A DNA stretch of 64,000 nt from Antechinus flavipes (lineage: Eukaryota): the NCBI RefSeq assembly GCF_016432865.1, contig NC_067401.1, positions 238,452,001-238,516,000 of the forward strand, in the 5' to 3' direction. Each line of letters begins with the position of its first letter. The first letter of the stretch is position 1. Positions 35,901-49,350 of this stretch are shown piece after piece. Made by a program: the position numbers and the translations under genes. A model generated the notes under the pieces. It made no database searches, was not told where the DNA came from, and saw only the letters and a list, made by a program, of their open reading frames with translations.

Positions 35901-37169
35901 TTCTGAGTCTACTGAGTCTATCCAAATGATTTTGATGATTTTTGGTGCTTTATACTATTTTATATGTTTTTTTGTTTATGCCTGTATGTCTGCGTGTTGT
36001 CTTCTTGAGGTCAGGAACTATTGCTTTTTTGTCTTTGTATTACTAAACTTAGTATAGTGCCTGACACATAGTAATTACTTAATAAATGTTTGTTGATTGA
36101 TTGCTTGTTTTTTCTCCTTGCTTTGACTTTATTGGAAATTCTACATTGAAGATATTGAAGCTGACGATCACAAATACTGGGAGCTGAAGAAGAATAATTT
36201 TCTAGAAGTCCCTTGGTCTCTTGAAGCCCCATTCTGTTATCTGGATATTCCTTGACTGATAGGAGAAAATTCATACTGCTTTCTAATTATTTGCTTGAGG
36301 TGCTAAGCAAAATGTGTATCTATTATTTCTGGCTCCTGATTACAATGCAGAATATCTCACTTACTATGTCGAAACAAAGTTTGGTGATTATTCTAAGCTT
36401 TGGGTACTTTGATCATTGTCTATCTTCCTAGAAAAATGCTTCCTCCCTGGACTGAGATCCATCATGCAAGGAAGGGGAGGCAGTGTGATACAATGTAGTA
36501 GGTTGAATATTGGACAGGAAATGAAGAGGTCTGGGCTCCAATTTTAGGTTTGTCATACTTGCTGTAAGACTAGATGTCTTGGTTACACCATACTTCTAAG
36601 TCTTAATTTCCTCATGTTAAAATAAAGAGGTTGTATTAGATCCTCTCTTGAGTCCACTGTATTTTAAGTTACTACTTCTGGTTTTAAGTTAGCTATCTAG
36701 GCAGCAAAGAGAATGAGAAATAACCTGGAAGAATAAAAGAAAAGACATATCCTAGTATCAAAATTGCAATTTAAATAATATTTTTGGAAAATTTTGGCAA
36801 TAATGATTCACAAAGAAGAATTGACCTTTGTATCAGTGAAAGAAGTTCCTATTCTTATAAAATCATAGAGTCATTGAAGTGTGATAGTTGGGCACCCAAG
36901 TTGTCACAAAAATGTACTAAAAGCACAGAAAGGGCAGAGGAAACTCCCAAGAACAGAGAGACTGACAACAGAATTTCTGTTTCTATTATAAATTTCTTAT
37001 TCATCTTTCCTCAGAGAACTTGTGACCTTGACCCCAGTTTGATAAATGGCAAAGAGAGTTACCCGAAGGTTGGGTGACATCTCTCTTCTCCCCTCTTTCC
37101 TTAGCCAATTTATAGAAGGAGAGTCACAGAGGATGAGTAGATGCCAATGGTTTGATATCTGATTTGTTG

Positions 37170-37650
37170 GGGGGAATATTCATGTTGGCTCTGTTTGAAT
37201 TTTAAAGCATTTCATAACCTGCCTCCACCCTACCTTTCCAGAATTCCTACATCTTAACTTTTCTCAGCATCCACTGATCTAGGGCTCTTGTTGTTCTTCA
37301 CACAGAATACTCCATCTCTTGACTGAGTGTTTTCAGTAGCTGTCCCCAATTTCTTAATGTTCTCTCCTCATTTTTCCCTCCTGGTTTCTCTGGCTTACTT
37401 CAAGTCTCAGCTAATATTCTATCTTCTGCAAGAAGCCTTTCCTAGTCCATCTTAATTTAAGTATTTTTTTTTTCTGTAAAACTACCCTCAATTTATTCTG
37501 TATATATTTTGTTTGTACATAGTTGTTTGTGTGTCCACCCCGCTCCCATTAGATTATGAGTTCCTTGAGAGCAGAGTGGGTTTATGGTTTTCTTTGGCCT
37601 TTCTTTGTATCCTCAGCAATTAGCACAGTACTTCATATATATTGGTACTT
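37170..37650 (+). mobile_element. L2 LINE 3' end
   Basis: ccattagattatgagttccttgagagcag...tttgtatcctcagcaattagcacagt. Confidence 0.7.
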
Positions 37651-37809
37651 AATGTATAGTAATTGACACTGATGAACTTACATATTCATCAGGGTACGGC
37701 AGTGACTTAAATACAAGAAGTCTATTTGAGAGTGGGTATTAAAAAGGGGATTTAAAGCTGGGAAATGATATTAGCTACATAAAACAAGTTATACTAGTAA
37801 TATAAGAAA

Positions 37810-38030
37810 TGGCATAGTGTGGTATGTAGAACTGACCTTGAAGTCAGGAAGATTTGGATTATTATTCTCCCTCCGTTGGCTGTGTGATCTTGGTCACATC
37901 ACTTAATTTCTGTTTTCCAGACAACTCTCAAAGCCTATGAATTTCAGAGAAGCTGTTAATTTGAATTGGTAGACAGAATTTCCTCAATTGGGACTTCCTA
38001 CATCAATAAAATCACAAATCAGGTCCCCAA
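37810..38030 (+). mobile_element. MdoRep1-like SINE
   Basis: CORE head plus caactctcaaagcc...gaatttcctcaattgggacttccctacatcaataaaatcac tail. Confidence 0.7.
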
Positions 38031-38403
38031 ATCCTTCATTTATTTATATAATACCTGGGATATTGTGAGACTCTCAAATGAAATAATGTTGTGCAAATTG
38101 CTTTGCAAATTGTAAGGCATTACCTAAATGTCAGTTCTTATTCTCATTAGTTATTATACTACATAGAGAAACGGGAGAAATATCATTAGAATCCAATAGA
38201 AGGCAAACTCAAAACAATATAAAGAATCAAGGACTGTATCATTTAAAATCTTTGAATCCCTTATTCCTAGAATAGTGACTGTCATATAAGGTGCTTAATA
38301 AATGCTTATTGGTTGACAGAAGCATAGAATATTTTAATGAGAGAAAAAAATAACCTTGGATAAGACAGATGGGAACAGAATTATTTGATTTTGAAATCAC
38401 AAG

Positions 38404-38404
<1 letters not shown>

Positions 38405-38436
<32 letters not shown>
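38405..38436. repeat. (TA)n microsatellite
   Basis: Direct reading. Confidence 0.95.
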
Positions 38437-38438
<2 letters not shown>

Positions 38439-38879
38439 AAACATCTGTACAGTTCTTTAAGGCAAAGACCCATAGAAATAGAACCAACTGTAACCAAGCT
38501 CATAAAAAAAGAACAAAAGCAAATCAAGTGTAAGTAATAGTAAAAACCTAATGGGTGACCTAAATGTTTCAATCATATGCTCACCAGACACACAGGGTAA
38601 GCTCACTGGGTCTGTATCTGATTTCCTAGAAACAGATCTTCATTCAGCTCACAAACTACAGTATTTCTAAGAAGGAATGAACCTCACATTCAACATTTTA
38701 CAGTCCAAGCAAAATCTGGAAGTACATTCAGTATATGCCTCTATAAATTCTAGTGACTGGATATTTTCATCATGTGTGTTAGTAGAAAAATGTAATAGGA
38801 TGCCATTTTACTTGGCCAATATTAAGGAGGACAAAAAGAGTGACATAATGGATGGATTAGGGATTCTTAACCTGGTGTC

Positions 38880-39078
38880 TATCAGTCTTCAATGAATCAG
38901 TAGAAAGATTTCAGGGGGTCTCTAAACTTGAATAGGAAAAAAAATCCTACATTTTTATTTTCACTGATCTTTCCCTTGCAATCTTGTGTATTTTATTTTA
39001 TGCAATTAAAACATTCTGGAAAGGCTTCCCTATATTGCCAAAAAGATACATAACACACAAAAAAGTTAAGAACCCCTA
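38880..39078. mobile_element. Non-autonomous hAT fragment (third copy)
   Basis: tgtattttattttatgcaattaaaacattc...aaaaagttaagaacccct. Confidence 0.55.
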
Positions 39079-39849
39079 AGTTCACATCCTTCTTATAATG
39101 TGTATGAACTCTGTGTTCACAGGCAAATCACTTTATATAAACTATTAGTGCCCCCAGGAAAATCTCTTAGACTATTAAATTACAGATGAGAGCTTTCTCT
39201 CCATCACTGAAAACAGTTTGTGTATATAGAGTTCCCAATGTTGATGACATAACAGATTTGGGTGCACACATATACAAATTCCCCCTACATATATGTCAAG
39301 TAAATAAGAGATACCTATGAAATATGAATTGTGGCATAATGAATAGAGCTTTATACTTGGAATCAGGAAGACCTGAATTCAAATCTTGCCTCTGCTACTT
39401 AGCTGTTAAATCCTTGGCAGGATCTTTATCTTTACTTTGCCTTAGTTTTCTCCTCATAAAATGAGGGGTTTCAATTCAGCCTCTAAGTTCCTGGTTCTAA
39501 ATCTATGATCCTAATAGAGCATTTATGAAACACTGATTTTGCATAGGACACTGTAGTAGGTGCTGAGAATCCTGCCCTCATAAAGTTTGCGTCTGATAAA
39601 GAAATATGAATATACAGATAACTATAAAAGGCATATATAAAATAAAATACATGTGTTTGTATGTATATATTCAATATATAAATATAGAATGTTCATATAT
39701 ACACACACATATATACATGTACACACAAACATATATATATATTTATATATATATATATATAAACATAAACACAAATAATAAAACTACTAGGTGAGAACTA
39801 GTAGAGGGAAGAAAGTATTCATGGACCAGAGGTTTATGAAATGTGTGGA

Positions 39850-40025
39850 CTGAGTTCAGATCTGACCTCAGACACATAATAGCTGTGTGGTCCTGGGTAA
39901 GTCACTTAATCCAGTTTGCCTCAGTTTCTTCATCTGCAAAATGAGCTGGAGAAGGAAATAGCAAACCCAGAAACCAAGAAAATCCCAAATGGAGTCATAA
40001 AGAGACAACTGAAAAATGACTCAAT
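39850..40025 (+). mobile_element. MAR1-type SINE (5'-truncated)
   Basis: gagttcagatctgacctcagacac...gagctggagaaggaaatagcaaacc. Confidence 0.85.
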
Positions 40026-41689
40026 CATGGAGTAAGTGGCATTTGAAGTATTGAAATGATCTCCTAGGTAACTGATGATTGTCAGCACCCTGGGCCAATG
40101 AGCAGAGTTGTAAGAGGAAGAAGAGGTCAACAAGAAATCCAACTGTGATATTGGCAAAGCTGAATTTATAGAGGGCCTATAGCCATTTCTCAAGCAATTG
40201 TCAGGCATGCCTAAAGCTACAGCTGTGATTCATTTAATGCAATAGATATATTTTTGAAAAGTTTTATTTTAACTAGATTTTTGTAAATCCAATCACATTT
40301 TAAATACCCAAGGGAAACTTGCTGTTTAAAGGATTCCCAAGGTAATTTAAGAAAAGAAGTAAAACATCCTTTTGTAAATTGAGTAATTATTCTCTAATCT
40401 TTTTGGGGAAGTTTAGGGTTTCACATCACAGGTTTACATTTTATAGATTGTTATTCATAATTACATGGTATTAAGTAAGGAGAGCAAATTGTACTAGCAT
40501 TCAGCCATCCTTGAAAAAAAGTTAACATGTAAGGAGATAATAAATAGGGAGTGCTTTCCTTTTTGAAATCAATCTTCAAGCATTTAATAATAATAAATCA
40601 TAACAATATCATGCTTACATATAGTATTTCATTTGATCCTTAAACAACCCAGGGATGATGGTACCATTACTATTCTTATGTTAAAGATGAGGAAACCAAA
40701 TTTAGGAGGAGTTAGGAGAGTTGCCTAGAGTTACAGAGGAAGGAAGTATCTGAGGTAGCTTTTGAAATCAAGACTTCAAATCCAGCTTTCTATCCACTGC
40801 ACCATCTAAGAAATGAAATCATTACTATGGGCCTGGTACCATGGAGTACAAAAACAAATAGGAAAGTCTTCCTGCCCTCAAGAGACTTACATTACATTTG
40901 GGGAAATAAAATGTATGGATATAAGAATATATATAAACCATATGCAAAGCTAATTCAAGGTAATCTTAAAATGTGGGTGAGGCAGCAGCAACAAATGTTT
41001 AGTAGGAAGTTACTGAAAGCTTTGAAAAATCTATGCAAAAGTTGCTAAATAAGCCATTAGTTAACTACTTGTAAAAGCTCTATTCAAAAGAAACCCTCAA
41101 AACACTCAAAACTGTAATCTATAAAATAATCTAACATGTAAGGAATGCAGTAGGCAGCCAAATTTGTTTTATGCAGTGATATAGGTTAGTTATAGACTTT
41201 CTAACAAGCTGTGCACTGGACAGAGCACACATCATGTTTACCATTCATATTTCTCTTGTATAGTAGTAATTTAAAGCCCAAGACCTTTGGCTGTGAATTC
41301 ATCCTTCCATTTGAACTAATGAGAATCTGCAAGTTCTTTTCAGTGCCAGGACTGTGTCCTTCCCCATAAAAGAGCCAGCCAGTGAACAGTGCTGTCCAAT
41401 AACACCCTTCAGGAGGTAAAAGAGAGAGAGCTGAAACATTGCAGGCTAAAGGCAGGAAGAAGGATGGAGGGCACTGGAAGGATAAAAAGGCAGAGGCAAG
41501 GATATATGCTATAGCTAAAGGAGGGAAAGCAAATAATCTGATTCTTTTTTTAAATTTCATTTTTTCAATTACTGAACATTTCTTTCTTTTCTTTCTCCCA
41601 TTTCTACCCCACCCTCAATGAAAAATGATAAGAAAAACAAAACCATTGTAACAAATAGATGTGGTCAAGCAAAGCAAATTCTCACAACA

Positions 41690-41935
41690 TTGTTGTTTAG
41701 TCATTTTTCAGTTGTGTTTGATTTCTTTGTTACCGCATTTGGAGTTTTCTTGGTAGAGATACTGGAGTGGTGTGCTATTTGTTCTTCAATTCATTTGACA
41801 GATGGGGAACTGAGGCAAACAGGATTGTGACTTGCCTAGAGTCATACAGCTAATAAGTGAACTTATTTGAACTCAGGAAGACAATCTTCCTGACTCTAAG
41901 CACATTGCTCCATTCATTGGGCAATCTAGCTCTCC
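41690..41935 (-). mobile_element. MAR1-type SINE
   Basis: ttgttgtttagtcatttttcagtt...ggaactgaggcaaacagg. Confidence 0.8.
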
Positions 41936-41940
41936 TATAT

Positions 41941-41948
41941 TTTCTCTC

Positions 41949-41979
<31 letters not shown>

Positions 41980-42127
41980 CTCTCTCTCTCTGCTCAGGCA
42001 ATTGGGGTTAAGTGACTTGCCCTGGGTCACACAGCCAGGAAGTGTTAAATGTCTGAGGGCACATTTGAACTCAGGTCCTCCTGACTTGAGGGCTGGTGCT
42101 CTATCCACTGCACCACCTAGCTGCCCC
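41941..42127 (-). mobile_element. WSINE1-type SINE with tail converted to (TC)n
   Basis: Close reverse consensus match; (TC)n at ~41943-41990. Confidence 0.9.
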
Positions 42128-43329
42128 ACTATCCTTTATTCTCACATTGGCCATGTCCAAACACACAAATCTCATTCATTTTTCATCCTGAGTCTATCAC
42201 CTCTCTTTTGGAAATGGGATGCATGCATCCTCACTGGTCACCTGGAATCACTGTTAGTCATTATGTTGATTAAATTTCTTATTTTTTTTCAAAGTTAAAG
42301 GGGAACATTTCAGAGAAAACTGGAAAGACTTTTATGATCGATATAGAGTGATGTGAGTAGAACCAGGAAAACAATTTATATAATTGTAGAGAAACTACCC
42401 CCTATCTGTAGCATGGGGATAGAGGACGTCATGTATGACTCGAAGCAAGATAAGAATAGTTATGTTTCTAATATCTCTCCCCCGCCCCCATCCTTCTCCA
42501 AGGGAAATATTAATTCCTACCAGGAGGGAAGCAAGAAGTTGGGGCCAGAGTCATATAACTAGCAAGTGAGGTGACAGGACTTGAACCCTGGTCTTCCTGA
42601 TTTTCAAGCTAGCTTTAATGTACTATGTCATGCTGCCAGTCTTCAAAATTAGAGACTTTTTGAGTTCAACATAGGTATCTAGTTAGTGATCTTGATATAA
42701 TCCTTTTAAAAAAATATAGCTAGGTGGTATAATGGTTGGAGAACTGCACCTAGAATTAGGAAGACCCTGTGTGTTGCGGGATAAGACATGTAATCTCTGT
42801 CTACCTCTGTTCTACAACTGTAAAATGGGGATGATGATAGTACCTACTCCTAGAATTGTTGTGAAAATCAAGTGAGATATTTATAAAAGCACAGTGCCTA
42901 CCACATAGTAGGTACTTCATAAATGCTTATTTCCTCCCTTCCTTCCTATAAAGGGAAGCTGGAATTGTGCTTTGAAACACCCATTTTTGAAAAGATAGTA
43001 TAATGATCTGAAAAGTCTTAAAAATGTGTGATCTCTTTTACACTGAAAAGCAAATGGTAGAGGGAAAGCTTAGCTTTTTTAGACAAGCTTCACATCTAAA
43101 GAAAGCTTGTTGTAGCTTCCAAACCCCATTTGTTTCTCTGCTGAATACAAATCCCAGTTTATCAGTTTGCATTTATCTCCTGAAGAATAACTCTGAAGTC
43201 AAGAATTAATTCTCAATTCTTTAGGGAAAACTTCCATGTTCAGCATTAATAACTAAGAGACACCACCATCTTTTTCAGCAAACATTGAAGATGAATAATT
43301 TTTTGCTATAATTTCTGACCTAGAGTCAG

Positions 43330-43560
43330 CAGTGCCTGGCAGATAGAAAGCCCACCTTATAATCAGAAAGAACTGGGTTCAAGACCTTGAGTCTTCTGGG
43401 TTTCTAACACATGCTGTTTATATGACCCTGGACAAATCAGTTAACTTCTCAGTGCCCCAGGCCACTCCCTAAGGATACAATTTACAAATTACTGATCTAC
43501 ATTAGTGGAAGCAATTTCCACACTGGAGCTACCTCATACCAATAAAATCATAGGTCTGAA
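43330..43560 (+). mobile_element. MdoRep1-like SINE
   Basis: ttaacttctcagtgccccaggccactcc...ctacattagtggaagcaatttccacac...accaataaaatcataggtc. Confidence 0.7.
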
Positions 43561-45624
43561 TCCTTCACTTTCCCAACTAGAAAGAAATGATTGGCTACTC
43601 CTGTTAAATAGAATTTTGAAGACTGCACACTTCTAACATAATGCCTGTTATTCAGACACGTTTTCCCCATGATGGTTCTTGTTATATGCCTCTTAAAGGA
43701 TTTACTAGAGTATAAAATATAAAAGAAGAAAACTATCACCGAGTGATCTATACTGGTCTATCATTTTTCCTATAAAAGGTAAGCTCTCAAAAGTTCCATA
43801 TCTATTCAAGGCTCTATGATAGTGACTGCATGGGTCAGTTGTTCTCTTGTCCTGCTTCCTACTTTTCTCACCACTCCTGCTCCTTAATTCTTACTTCAGT
43901 CTGGTAATCTACTTTACCCCCATTTAGCCATGACTGGGAACTGACTATTGTCTTAAATGGTACATTGATAGATATTCCCAATCCAGGTGAAGTACTGGTT
44001 CAGTACCATTTCCCCCACATCTGTTGTTCAGTCTCTTTGTTAAGATTCTGATTCTTATTGCTTAAATTTTCTCATATGGGTCACTCATATTCCTACTGTT
44101 TCCCTAGATTTTTTTTTACCTGAGCTTCTGATCTCTGCTGCTTAGGTTGTCTTTCTGAATTCCAAGCTCACTCTAATCTCTGAGAACTGAATTCTGAGTC
44201 TTGTTTGATTATCTAGTTATGAGTTCTTTCTTGCTCTGATCTTGGATATTGATATATTCCTCTACTTTAAACTCCTCACTTGGTTCCATCATGGTCCAAT
44301 GCTGGATTTGGAGTTAGAAAGACTTGGTTCAAATTCTCACCTCTTAATACTCACTAGTCCCATGTTTGCAGCTAAGTCATTTATTTCCTGAGTCTTGGTT
44401 TCCTTATTTCTAAAATGGTGATAATAATAGTTGTATTAAAATTTTTTGAGGCTTAAATGACATAATAGAATATTTTGCAAACTTTAAAGTGCAGTGATCA
44501 TTCTTCTTTTTCTAGATTTCTGAATTTACTTTGACTGCCAGAATCGTCTTTTTCTGTTTCCTGGGGTCTATTCTTTGTGTTGTCGATTCTCTTTCCCAAA
44601 AACCTTGTTTCAGCTATTCTAGTTACTGCTCTCTCAAGCCTCCTGTTTGCCCAGCCTGTTACTGTCTATGTGCATAGCACTGACATCAAAACCCTGCCAA
44701 GAAGCACGCCTCTAGCCATTATGGATAATGTTAATGGATGGAGATGGGTCAGATGCTACCTTTTGAAAGGGGAAAAAATAACTGTCAGAACTTTCAGTTA
44801 TCCTCAGAAACCTAATGAAAGTAGTTAAAGACTCCTGTGGGATCTGACGTTCAGTATTTTTATATCTAGTAGAAGTGGTTTGCAGCTTTATCCTTGAGAA
44901 ATGTACAATCGGTTTTCAATGATTAGCTAACTTCATCCAGAGAGCCACACTTGAGTAATTTCCTGCACTCAAGGTATCTTATTCTAGCTTCAAAAGGCAT
45001 AATGGGTTCCCCAGTAATTTTCTTCCATAAAAGCATATTGATGGCTTGCTAAACTGGGACTAATGCGACCTAAACCATTTTATGGTTCTCTTGAAAATAC
45101 CCATAGTCTGATGTTAAAAAAAAGATAAATTAATGGTTTTTGTAACAGTGGAAATCACTTTAGTGCAGTGGTCAGGGTGAGACAAGTCTTAGGTTGGTCT
45201 TAAAGATCAACTCTGTGACCTAATCTACATGTACCTCTGCATTCCAACGTGGCAGGGGTGGAAAGAGAAGGAAGGAACAGGAATAAATTTACTGCTGAGT
45301 TGGAGGTAGGGGTTGCAACAACTTTCCTCCTGTGGAATACAAATATGAATATACTTAAAATGTAGGGCCTAAATAGGAAGATAATAAGGTAAATAGAGTA
45401 AAATAGTTAATAGAAACTGCACTTATGAAAGAATGCTAGGTTTTCCAAGCAGTAGGTGAACCTATAATGCAACTGATCCATTAGTGTGGATAGGGATTCA
45501 TGGAGGGATTAGAAACAGGACTATAACAATGGAATTTTGTCTAAAAGTGTTGACTTTAAATAGTACTGATAGTACTTGTAGACTTCTGATAGGAAAGAAA
45601 AAGCAGTGAATTATCTTGTTGTTG

Positions 45625-45860
45625 TTGTTTAGTTATGTCCAATTATTTTTAACCCCATTTCGGGTTTTCTTGGCATAGATACTGGAGTGAGTTGCCATTT
45701 CCTTCTCCAACTCATTTCAGAGAGGAAACAGCAAATAGGGTTAAGCGACTTGCCAAGGTTACACAGCTAATAAGTGTTTAAAGCCAGATTTAAACTCAAG
45801 AAGTTGAGTCTTTCCTGACTCCAGGCCCATCACTTTATTTATTGCACCACCTAGTTGCCT
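45625..45860 (-). mobile_element. MAR1-type SINE
   Basis: gttgttgtttagttatgtcc...ccatttccttctcca...gcaccacctagttgcc. Confidence 0.85.
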
Positions 45861-46739
45861 CACCACCTTGTTAGCAAAAATAATTAATTAAAATACGAAG
45901 CTACCAGATGGCTGGCAAGGGTGAGCTTTTTACCCATATGTTATAGCCCCCCTTGTAGATGAAACAGGATAGTGCCTTGGGGTCTCTCTCTTGTGTTTTG
46001 CCTCAATTTGATGTGGCACTTCTCCTGTTGACAGCACAAAAATTCCTAATGATAGTTCTGATGGTCAGATAGAATTGCTAATATTATGGCCATTTCTTCT
46101 CTGCCTTTTCAGTTGAACATTGTGCCATTAATTGAACAGGTGCTTTTTTCTCAGTTGAGTAGAGTGTCCCTAAAGTCAAAATATGGCCATAGAAGCACAA
46201 CTGTTAGACTAAACCAAATTTGGTCACTCTCTGCTATGGCATTGGAAAATGTCACTGAGAAAGTACATAGGACCTGAAGTTGCCAATGAAACCAGCAAAG
46301 CCACCCAGAATGTTGGGTGGTCTGGTACAACCAAGGCAAGTTGATGGCCTTGCCTCTGTGAGATGGACCTGGGTGGGAAAAAATAGTCGTTTTCTAACTA
46401 TAACTAAGTTGTCCATCTACCACAAATATATCTTTTGTTTCTAATAGAAAAGTATATCACTTTATAGGTCGCTGAAACATTTCAAATCATAAGTCAATAA
46501 ATGAAATGCATTAATTATGCTCTTATTATTTGCTATCTACTGTGCTAAGTGCTGATGATAAAATACAAAAGTAAAACAATCTCTGCCTTCAAAGTGGTTA
46601 CATTCCAATAAGGAAGAGAACATATGGAGAGGAGCGGTGGCTAGAGAAAGAATTATGGTGAGGGGTATAACAGGATAATAATTGACAAAACTTTTCCAGT
46701 GACATTTGTAGTATTGATTTATTTGATTTCTAGAGCAAG

Positions 46740-46940
46740 TGAGGCAGTATGGCATGGTGGATAGAGAGCCAACCTTAATGTCAGGCAGACTGATTCATTT
46801 CTTCCTTTGATGTACTTAACCCTTTAGTGTTCTAGACAATTTTAAGCCTTTAAGTTGCAGAGAAGGTATGAAGTGCAATGGTAGAATGAATTATGTGGCC
46901 ATAAATTTCCCTTTATCAGTGATATCACAGGTCTGGTTCC
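46740..46940 (+). mobile_element. MdoRep1-like SINE
   Basis: ggcatggtggatagagagcc...taagttgcagagaaggt...gatatcacaggtctggttcc. Confidence 0.7.
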
Positions 46941-47381
46941 TATCTCAGACAAAGAAAGGAAGGGAACCCATGGGGGTAGGGAGGAAAACAACTGGGGAAA
47001 GGTAAAGCTATATTGTCCCAGGGAGTACAAGCCCATGACTTAGCTCTATTCAGGCATTGTGTAATGCCGATTGATGTGATATAATAGATCAGACATAAGA
47101 CAGATCCCTTTGGTTGTCTTAATAGACTGCATATAGTCAGCTGGGACTTTCTGGGTCCCTTTGACATAGTCTGAAAATGAAAGATACAATGAATTATTTG
47201 GATTAAATGTTTCAGCCTCATTCATTCCATCAGTACTTGTACAGACACAGAGAGCAGGTCATTGTTTCCTTTTTCCCAGTGAGCCTTTTTGATGATGTGA
47301 GGTTGGGTCAGGATTTACTTTTTACTTACATATGCAGTTTTAAAGCCATCTCTGGGAGGTGTGTATATAGCTTCTATGTGA

Positions 47382-47416
<35 letters not shown>

Positions 47417-47634
47417 ATGTGTATATAAGTGACTCTATACATTCTATTAAGATAGACAGCCAAAGGTCTGATCTATTATATAATATCAGAAACATTACAC
47501 AATGCCTGAATGGAGCTAAACCATTAGGCTTGCTTCCCTGGGAATGTAACCTCATCTTTATCCAGCTGTTTTTCTCCCTGCCCCCATGGATACCCTTCCT
47601 TTCCTTCTCTAAGTTAAGATAATACCGTGATATC
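46921..47634. repeat. Long imperfect inverted repeat (~200-bp arms, ~290-bp spacer)
   Basis: 46921-47138 aligns to the reverse complement of 47431-47634, including perfect 19-bp (47048-47066/47493-47511) and 16-bp (47079-47094/47466-47481) blocks. Confidence 0.93.
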
Positions 47635-48779
47635 ATTAGTTATTGTGTGTGAAACTTTCATGTATTATAAGTCACAAAGCTAGATTAACTTTTATATATA
47701 GATTACATGTAAATCTTATACCTCTAAGGCAGATTTGGTCTTTTTTTTGAGTTGTGTGAGTAATATGTTGAAAATGGTTATGATTTTCCTTTATATAACA
47801 AGAGTGAATAATTTATTAGATACAAAGCTATGGATTCTGTGATGGTCTCGACTTGGAAAGAACCCACTTGCCCCATAATAAATTTGCTAGTTACTGTTTA
47901 AGTAACATTGCCACTTTTACAAACTCATGCTTCTCAGTCTCACCTGGATGAAAGATAGTCCCCAACCAGTAGTTAAATGCCAGAGAAATCCTGGAAAGAA
48001 AAATAACTTACTTCTGACAAACCTTGTAGTTTCTAGGAAGAGAAGCTTTGTTAATTCCTGTTTTGATAGTGTTCTCTTCATAATCACATTTTATTTCTTA
48101 GATCTTACTTTCTTGTTAATAATACTTAGTTATCATACATATCCAGATTCTTGGGAGGTAAGTTAATGTTATTCTTACTATCAAACCCTCTTTCATTTGG
48201 ACTCCCTTATTGTATGCTAAATAGCAGAGATGTTCAGGTCACAGTCTTATGAATTGGCTAATGACTCCCAGGTTCTAAGTTGATAAATTTCTTGGGGTTT
48301 GTGAAATGTGTCCCCAGAGCAACTGTTGACCAAATCTGGCAATCAGCCATATTTGAATATTCACATTCTTCTCAGAACAGCTGGAAACCCAGCAGTACAT
48401 GATTCATTGGCTTTATCGGTGGTTTCATATTGAATAAAGTAGCTTTATGAAAATCAATAGAGTGACTACAATTACCAAGTGCATTACTTCAGAGATATTA
48501 AGAATCATAAATCAAATGTGACAGCTGAAGAATAATGATATTATGTACAAACAAGAAGGAGTGCTATCAGCAGGGTCAGAATACTTTTCTATTATTTCTT
48601 AGATATTTCTTTTTGAAAATAAGCTAATGATATTTGTTTTGTTTTTTATCTGACACTATTAAGATACTTTTTATGATATTTGCCAAGGTCAAACATATAA
48701 CTCTGCAACCACTGGTAGGCTGTTGGAAGGGTGAAATAATTTAATTTTAAGAAAATTTTGTTAAAATGCTTTCTATTTG

Positions 48780-49350
48780 ACTACTCATACTTCAATTCCA
48801 TTTAAGTAAATACATTTATTAAGGACTTACTGTCTGTCAAGTACTGTACTAGGTACCAGAGATACACAAATAAAAATGAAATGGTCCCTAACTCCTAAGA
48901 GCTTACATTATCCTTAGAGGAAGCAACATATACAACATGTGCAACATATACAAAAATATATACCAAATCAGTGCAAAGTAATTTTATGGAGGGCTGGGAT
49001 CACTAATAACTAGGGGGAATCATGGAAAGACTTTTGTAGGAGGTAGCACTTACACTGAGTTTTGAAAAGAGCTACAGATATAGAGATGAGAAAGAAGAAC
49101 ATTATAGGTTGAGGAATCAGCTTATGCAGAGAGCCAAAGGTGGGAAGTGAGATGTCACATATGATAAAGGTTTGTATAAACCAGTTTGGCTAGAAGTGGG
49201 TATGTGAGGAGGAGTGAAGTCAAGCTGGAAAGATAGATTGGAATCCAGTTGTGAAGGGCTTTAAATGCCAAATTTGTATCTGATTTGTATCTGACAGTCC
49301 AGGCAATGGGAAGTCCTTGCTGTTTCTTGTACAAAGAAATGGCATGGTCT
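48780..49350 (-). mobile_element. L2 LINE fragment
   Basis: catttattaaggacttactgtctgtcaagtactgtactaggtacc...gttgtgaagggctttaaatgcca. Confidence 0.7.

Noticed and set aside
43060-43115. Cluster of AAGCTT sites with a small hairpin
   Set aside because: The stem is only ~11 bp with an indel, with no repeat-spacer periodicity.
45900-45914. Second CTCF-like motif CTACCAGATGGCTG
   Set aside because: Mismatch at the highly conserved second C of CCACCAG and a poor 3' end.
46940-47622. Similar peptides on opposite strands (ITQCLNRAK / ITQCLNGAK) as duplicated genes
   Set aside because: A by-product of the DNA inverted repeat; indels break the frames and there is no supporting splice structure.
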